Assembly: GCA_002633005.1 (NCBI GenBank)
Contig: NMRA01000131.1
Location: 421,798-485,797, forward strand
Direction of reading: 5' to 3'
Source of the DNA: Phoronis australis
Lineage: Eukaryota; Animalia; Phoronida
Length of the DNA: 64,000 nucleotides
The notes under the pieces are model-generated. The model was not told the origin of the DNA, did no database searches, and was given only the letters and a program-made list of their open reading frames with translations. Position numbers and translations under genes: made by a program. Below, piece after piece: positions 57,070-64,000 of the stretch. The first letter of the stretch is position 1, and every line of letters begins with the position of its first letter.

Positions 57070-60000
57070 GTAGAAACTATATCTATTTGCGCCGGCCAAT
57101 TTAACTGTGCATCATGTATCATGCTTCAAAGACAAAAACACATCTGAAATGAATTTATGAATTTCGTATGTGCATATGATGTGACTGAAGAGAAAATAGA
57201 TGAAATTTGTGGAACGTTTTAAGGTAAAGTTCATGATGCACCGGGATATCTGTGTTCTAGTTTAAGGTATGAATGTTAGTTCAATCAGTGTTTGGCATGT
57301 GTTTGTTGACAATTGTCGTTTGCAGAACATTTTACATAAGGTATTTGTACCTCGCCTCTGGTTGAACTTAACGACAAACATCATTGAGCGCTTAACAGTT
57401 TGTGTATTCAAAGCAAAATGAAAAAGGTAATCTAATATTTATCCTTATTAATATTGTTGGACGGAGGAGAACTGTAAGTTGTTGCACATTTTTTAAAATG
57501 TGCAACAACTTTAAAAAGTTTTTATTAACTAAAACTGAATTGCCTGCTAAGGTAAAACAACTTTGAAACAGTTTAACTTGCCAAAACTTGCACGCCTGTG
57601 TCCTACATTCAACAATTCGCGACAAGATGTCATTGAGCGTTCTCGATACACATTTGAAATACTGGACAGATACACTGGCCCTCGGGCGTGTACTAAATTT
57701 AGCACTACACCACTGAAAAGGATAAAAAGAAGAAAAAGTAAAAAGAACAATGTAAAGAAGAAGAAAAGAAGAAGAAGAAGAAGAAGAAACGGTAAATTCC
57801 TTTCACTGAAAATTTCGATGTTAACGGTAGTCGAGACTACCCTTTGAGTTACCTTATCAGTTGCTCCAATCTAAGCCAAATTATGTCTACCTGTCTCTTT
57901 CGTTATATAATAAATAACATCTCTCAACAAGCGAAATTTTCTTTTAAGGGGGTTTGACACAGTTATAATTTATCATTGAGCCTATTTTAAGTTCTCATGT
58001 TACGTATTCTGGTCTTTGCTTAGTGCAATAATTTTTTTCGTTACAGTCGCTTAACCAGCGACAAATCTGACAAAAATGTCATGAGATGTCTCGCGCTATA
58101 TTATCAAACTTCAAAATAACAAAAAGTCAACGCACAAAGAACGTTTTTCAATTTGAATAATCTGCTATTTGGATTAAAGATTATATTCACATGTTTTGCA
58201 AGTTAGACAATGTAAAACAACGACTGCTGTGCGACGTTTGGCAAAGTGTGTGCCACTATAGGTTCCTCTAGAGCACGTGACTATCAATTATAAACAAAAT
58301 GAAAACATTTTTGTTCAACTGAGAAATTAGAAAAGGAAAAATTGTATTATTAAACTTGTGTTATTTACGTCTACAAGTATGCTCTACCAATTTGGCCTGG
58401 CAACAGATGACCTGGTGAGAACAATTCGCAAAACACAACGGTCTGAGTCATGAAAGAAACTAAGTCGCTCTGAACACAGCTTTCAGGGGGATCAATAAAT
58501 TTTGGTCGAATGAAATATGCCAGATAGTTTGTAGTATGACAAATCAATATAGATTATTTCGGCAAAACTGGTGGCAACTAATTTGATAAGACATTTGCGG
58601 CTTTCAGCAAACTTCAGATATATTCAGCCAAAATCATGATAACCACCTCCGTCAGTCTGTTACCGGTCATCATTATGGTTTCATAAACGATAATATTTTT
58701 ATTTTTATCAAAGATTATTTTTAGACATTCTACAGTGAGTACCCCAGATGGCACCTGGTATGATACTAATAGATTGTTATAAGTGATGCCAAGACTGATT
58801 TAATTTATTTCCAACTGCATACATGCAAAATACGTGCAACTTTCAAGACATTTTGTTATCTCGTATATAATGAACTTCATTTTGCATCACGTGGTCTTGG
58901 AGCCATTTTTTCTACTTAATGACAAGTCTTCATTTGAATTTAAGCCGATCAACCTGTCTCGCTTAAGATTTTGGCTTAATCAATAAACAATGTTAAAAAT
59001 GTTATGTAAAAAACTCAATTTTAAGAATGAGTTTCATAGAAGGAACTCCCGTGGCTGAGCCTAGGTGGTTTCGTGGAAATCGGGGAACGTAAGACCAGGT
59101 GTATGCATTAGCCAAAAAGCTCCAAGTGTGCCTTCTGGGAAACGCATCTAGGCGCTTATACGGAAACTGATATGAACCCCTTTACGATAACTGCCCGAAC
59201 AATTTTGAAAGAGATGTTTTCTCTGGTAATTTGCGCTGTGTTCAGTGGACGTAGTAATCTCACAACACAAAATCACACAAAATTCCGCGAAAGGCGAGTG
59301 TTTCGTGAGCATACTAGCGTGCACTAGCTACATGACGGTCACTGAAATGTTTGGTCAGTGAAGTTGGGATGATAAATTTCATGGAATAAAATTCACCGTT
59401 TCTGTTACACAAGCAAAGATTTCTCGCCGCAAATGCTTCGTTAGTGTCTTGGGTATACGAGACGTAGTCCAGTTTTACGAACAAAACAAAAGGACAACGC
59501 ATGACGCATGCATTTGTGGTCGACACGCATGCGTGAAGAGAATTTCCTCATGACATGCAACAGTGACCGAGATGAAAGTTTAACACAAATAACTATTTTC
59601 AAGTTAAAAAGATAATATACTGATCCATTAAAAATGCGTCGGTGATTACATTGTTTTGGCTGGCAGACGACACAGCGGTTCAGGTGTTGTTCATTGGCTT
59701 GAGCGATCAAATCAGTGGTGGCTATCGAGTCACGTCCAAATTGCTAATGGATTTTCTTTTACGAAAAAGTGACTGGATTAGGTTATTTTTAGTTCAATAA
59801 TGTATACCATTTTCGATAATTTAGGATCAGAAATTTTCCAGTTTTGTTATCCAAATTTTGAAAGAAAGAACGAAGAAAGAATTTTTAACGATGTGGTTTC
59901 ACTGATAAAAATTTTGAGGAAGATTACCATAAAATTCTCAAGAAGTGTCGACCGAGCATGCACATTCCAAAAGTTAATGGTGGCCATGGCAGCCAAACAT

Positions 60001-61074
60001 TTCACCGATTTAAAATAGACTTTTTGTTGTTTTGGTCCTAACTGCATGTGATTACTCATCGTCATCATCGTCGTCGTTGTCACTATTTCATTGTGCTCAA
60101 CATTGTTACGAATATCACCGTTGTTTTTTTTTTTTAGTCATTTTAATCAAAATTACCAGGAAGACGTTCTTATAATGTTATAAGTGTCACCTCCATCATT
60201 ACTTTTATAATGGATGTCTGTTGATTAGACACCTTGTACCCGTTCATGCCAATGTTCCTAACTTCGCATGGGAGAGCAGTCTGCTATGATGTTTCCCTAT
60301 GCCCAAGGGTACCGTCTCTGCTATCGCACGGGTTAAACGCGCTGAATCAATATTTTCCTAATAAAGGATCTGCATAATTACATCCAAATGTTTTGATAAT
60401 GAAAGAATTGAGACGAGAATGTCTGGAAAGTGCACAGATTGTTTCTCACCAAATGTTAAACCGTTCCGTTGACGTAGAAGAGTGATTGCTCCTTTCTGGT
60501 TTTCGAACCATCATAAGTATATACGTGTGCGTCAGTGTTTTTGTGGTGTGCGTGTGCGCGTGCGTGTTCGCGTGTATCTGTGTGTGTGTGTATATATTCT
60601 GACTATTTCAATTAAGAAAAATATTACACAGTTCCATAGCAATTGCAAACGAGAAAATTCAGAAATATCGCGTTACATTCAAAGAAATGCCGCAGTTGGT
60701 ATTTATTTGCAAGCTTACTAAATGAATAATTTAGCACTTGACTTTTCCGACTGTCGTTGCATACCATTTTAAACCAACTCCCTGCATTTGTATTCTGACT
60801 TGTGATTGGCAATGTCTGACAATCCGAACGCAGTGGCCTTTCTTCAAAAGATGCAGTTTACCATGTGTTGCGGATTATAATATTCCTACGTCTGATAGGA
60901 TTCTATCTCCCTTGTCAACTCAAGTCACAGGCAATGTGTTCATGCGCCACAGACAATGCCTAAATGTGCCACAGACAATGCCTACATGCGCCATTTTCGA
61001 ACTTGCAATTTTAGGGTTGGCCAACCCCTCAAACGTCTTTTGATTTTGACTTACTGGAAAGACAAATCATAAAA

Positions 61075-61500
61075 ATCCAGGACACAAATTTTCTACACTC
61101 TCTCTAGGACCAAAAAATATACTCAAAGCCAAAATTTTTCGCCCCAGGACTTTTAATTTATCGCGTCAGGAGCAAAATTTAATACGCCAGGACCGAAAAT
61201 TTATCAACCCAGGACAGAAAATGTATTACGTCAGGAAAACTTCACATGTCAAAAAAATTTCACACTTCAGCAGGAAAATTTCATGCCAGGAGACAACAGA
61301 AATTCAACCTCATTGTCACGATAGTGTGATTGTCGTCGGCGAGACATTGTGTACCTATTACTTCATCTCTGTGAGGGGTCACGTGGGGCATGAAAAAATC
61401 CTGATGTGAAATTTTCCTGACGTGTGAAATTTTCCTGACGTATTAAATTTTGTGTCCTGGCGTGATAAATTTTGGTCTTGGTGCAATATAAATTTGATAA
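61075..61500. mobile_element. Foldback-like element with inverted arrays of about 20-bp subrepeats
   Basis: CAGGAC..AAATTT / CAGGAAAATTTCA units on the left; TGAAATTTTCCTGA / AAATTTTG.GTCCTGG units on the right. Confidence 0.6.
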
Positions 61501-64000
61501 ATTTCCTACGTCTATATCATTTTCAACCCCGCTCTTACCTTTGCACAACTTGTAAACAAAGATCATTTCACTCAGGTTTTGTGTGACGTCATGAATATTA
61601 TTACTGACTAGCATTAATGAATAAGACTTTCCCCATTCTGATTGGACCGACCATGAAATAGCTATCCAATCACTTAAGACTTTTCGAGAAAGTGAGTTAT
61701 TTGTTTTACAAAAATACCTTGGTCTTTGTATTAACTATTGCTGCTGTTTGTATGTTCCGGAAAAGGCTCAAATTGTATTTCGACCGAATCTACACGGTCT
61801 ACTGCATGAAACTAATACTTGGTAAGCTTAGAGAAAAAACAGCATATGGTTACAGTTTCAGTTCTGGCTCACGAATTTGGCTTGTTACAGCGGTTTAGTT
61901 TCAGCCTTACGTCTGTTAGGGAGAGGCTAAGCGTTTTGTTGCGACCAGTTTCAATTCAACTAAAGGACAAGAATATGATGGAGTTGTTTTGGTAGATCAT
62001 ATACGCATGTACTTTTAAGAAAATCGATTTTGACACCAGAGCGTGGCGTGTAGGCGCCTTAATTCAAAACAATTGGCACTCGACAGTGAATGAAACGGGA
62101 TGTCCCCACGGGTAATTGTGGTGTTATCTAAACAGCGCTCAGTAAATACATGATATGAACAAAGTTAACATTCACAGTAAGTTTCCAATTTAGTTTACCC
62201 AGAGACAGAGTAAAAGCAGAAAACACCAAACACCGTTGTTTTAGAATCTTTTGGCGGTAATTTCACTTTCGCTTGGTCTGTTCACAAAATTGTAAAATAT
62301 CTACAAAATAGTAGAGTAAATTTAGTCAAGGCTTGTTTACACGTGTACATGTACAGTTTTCTTGCATGGAATTGCCTCGTTGATCCCACTGCAGTGTCTG
62401 GATTGTTGATAAGTCTCACTAGTTGGCCCTATCTTAACAACAACACAAATTGGAGTGACATTTTACTTCTTGTTGATTGATTCATGAAATATGCACCTCA
62501 GCTCGACCTAATTGATACCTATCAGTTCAGTATATATTTGAAATTAAAAAATAGCGCTTTGACACACAGTATACAACAATGACTACTTTCACCACGTAAA
62601 ACTGAAAAAAGAGGTTATATGTATTTGCATTGCGTCAGTCAGTTTGCAGCTGGGATGGATGGGCAAAAAAATGTATTTCCTGTTGTTCTCAAACTGCCAT
62701 CTGGAAATGAATGTTTTTACAGAGTGTTACGAACATACAACGGTCATTCCAATGCAAGGCACACACCCTAACAATGGCGCAATTATGAATTGTAACAATC
62801 AGAGATCAACAAGACCTTGCACCGACGTATGCTAGCAAAACCTAGAAAACGCACGTGTTTTTCACATACATTGAAAATGATTTAACTTATGAAGACACAT
62901 TATGTGCATACTGTGAGGGAAACTGCGATATCAAGTTGATGGAAATCGGAGCCCAACGACTGAGAGCTATTGTATGTGCACACCATTCCGGTGTTCAGGC
63001 ATAAGCCTACTTGGCAGAAACCAATGTACACTAGCAGCACCAACCGCTTTTTATCAACCATGGGTAGATGAAGCTAGTCAAGGAGCAGTAAAATTTTTGT
63101 TTAATCATTTGAAACTAAAGTGCCAACTGCATTATATTTGGATTGAACGCTACATTTCCGCTGGTTAACGGAGATCCTGCCAGGCAGACTGACACGGCTC
63201 CAGTGAACCACATACCGTAGGCGATCGATACAATGTAAAAGTATTGAGAAAATTTCCTTGCGATACAGGTCAAGATGTTCAAACAGCAGACATTTGTCGA
63301 AGCCAATGCTTGTGAAACTAAGCCATGTGTGAAGAAAACGATGTTAGACATTACTAAGGCATAGAACACGTTCTTTGCTCAGAGCGACGCCTCGTGGAAT
63401 GGACTGCTGGGTACTGGTCGACTTCTCGAGAATCGTATTTCTTCCTTCACAAGTAGCAAAAACCTATCAGTGTGTTAATCAATCGTTGATAAAAATGGTG
63501 TAGCAACGTGTCCAAAACGTCGAATTGAATCTAACGTCACCTCAAATTTTGTTCAATTTTTCATTTACTGCTGAAGTTAACATTGATGTGTTTAAAAGCA
63601 GATCATAAATGTGGATAACACAACAAAAAATTAATAACTAATAAAAAATTCAGTAGTAGTGTAGCACAAACTAATATCTTATGATTCTTGTTGACTGGTC
63701 AACTGGTTAGCTTTCGAGGTTACCAATTTTCACATAAGCCGACTTAATCTACTTATTTTATGTCTATTTTTAGTTTTGTACTTCATTTTACTTGCTAAGA
63801 AACGAATCTCTATACGTCCAAATATCTGTCAATTGGTGAACTATTATGAAACGTAGACAATCAGTGTTTTGATGCCGCGGTTATAAAGACATGACGCTGC
63901 AAATATCACGTGTTATAACCCCCCCCCCCTTATTTTCGTAAAAGGTTAGGCTACGCTTCACGTGCCCTGGCAACACATCCGGGTCAGAAACAACGAACAT

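Noticed and set aside
53126-64000. Short ORFs and CCAAT-like boxes (e.g. 61637-61672) as a second gene or the Nav promoter
   Set aside because: No recognisable protein motifs or consistent exon chain; the promoter cannot be located from sequence alone.

Overview
Eukaryotic, AT-rich animal genomic DNA (probably a protostome/spiralian such as a mollusc, inferred from linker motifs and repeat types). Most of the window is the 5' two-thirds of a voltage-gated sodium channel alpha-subunit gene (Nav1/para/SCN type) on the minus strand. The ATG is at 53073, and 24 coding exons can be chained in phase by hand down to 3840. They cover the N-terminus, domain I, the I-II linker, domain II, the II-III linker and domain III S1-S4; the gene runs off the window start. 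Two exons are tandemly duplicated and look mutually exclusive. The first pair encodes DI-S1 (38995-39075 and 37741-37821, both 81 nt). Each copy has a minor-spliceosome (U12) branch point and acceptor plus a major-spliceosome (U2) donor, downstream of one AT-type U12 donor, which is a spliceosome-incompatibility switch. The second pair encodes DII S4-S5/S5 (16256-16440 and 15523-15704). Introns hold minisatellites, Helentron/HINE-like repeats rich in CTCF-consensus motifs, a degenerate Tc1/mariner element with a nested Mutator-like MITE, other MITEs and a LINE 3' end. All coordinates were read by eye; no database searches were run.
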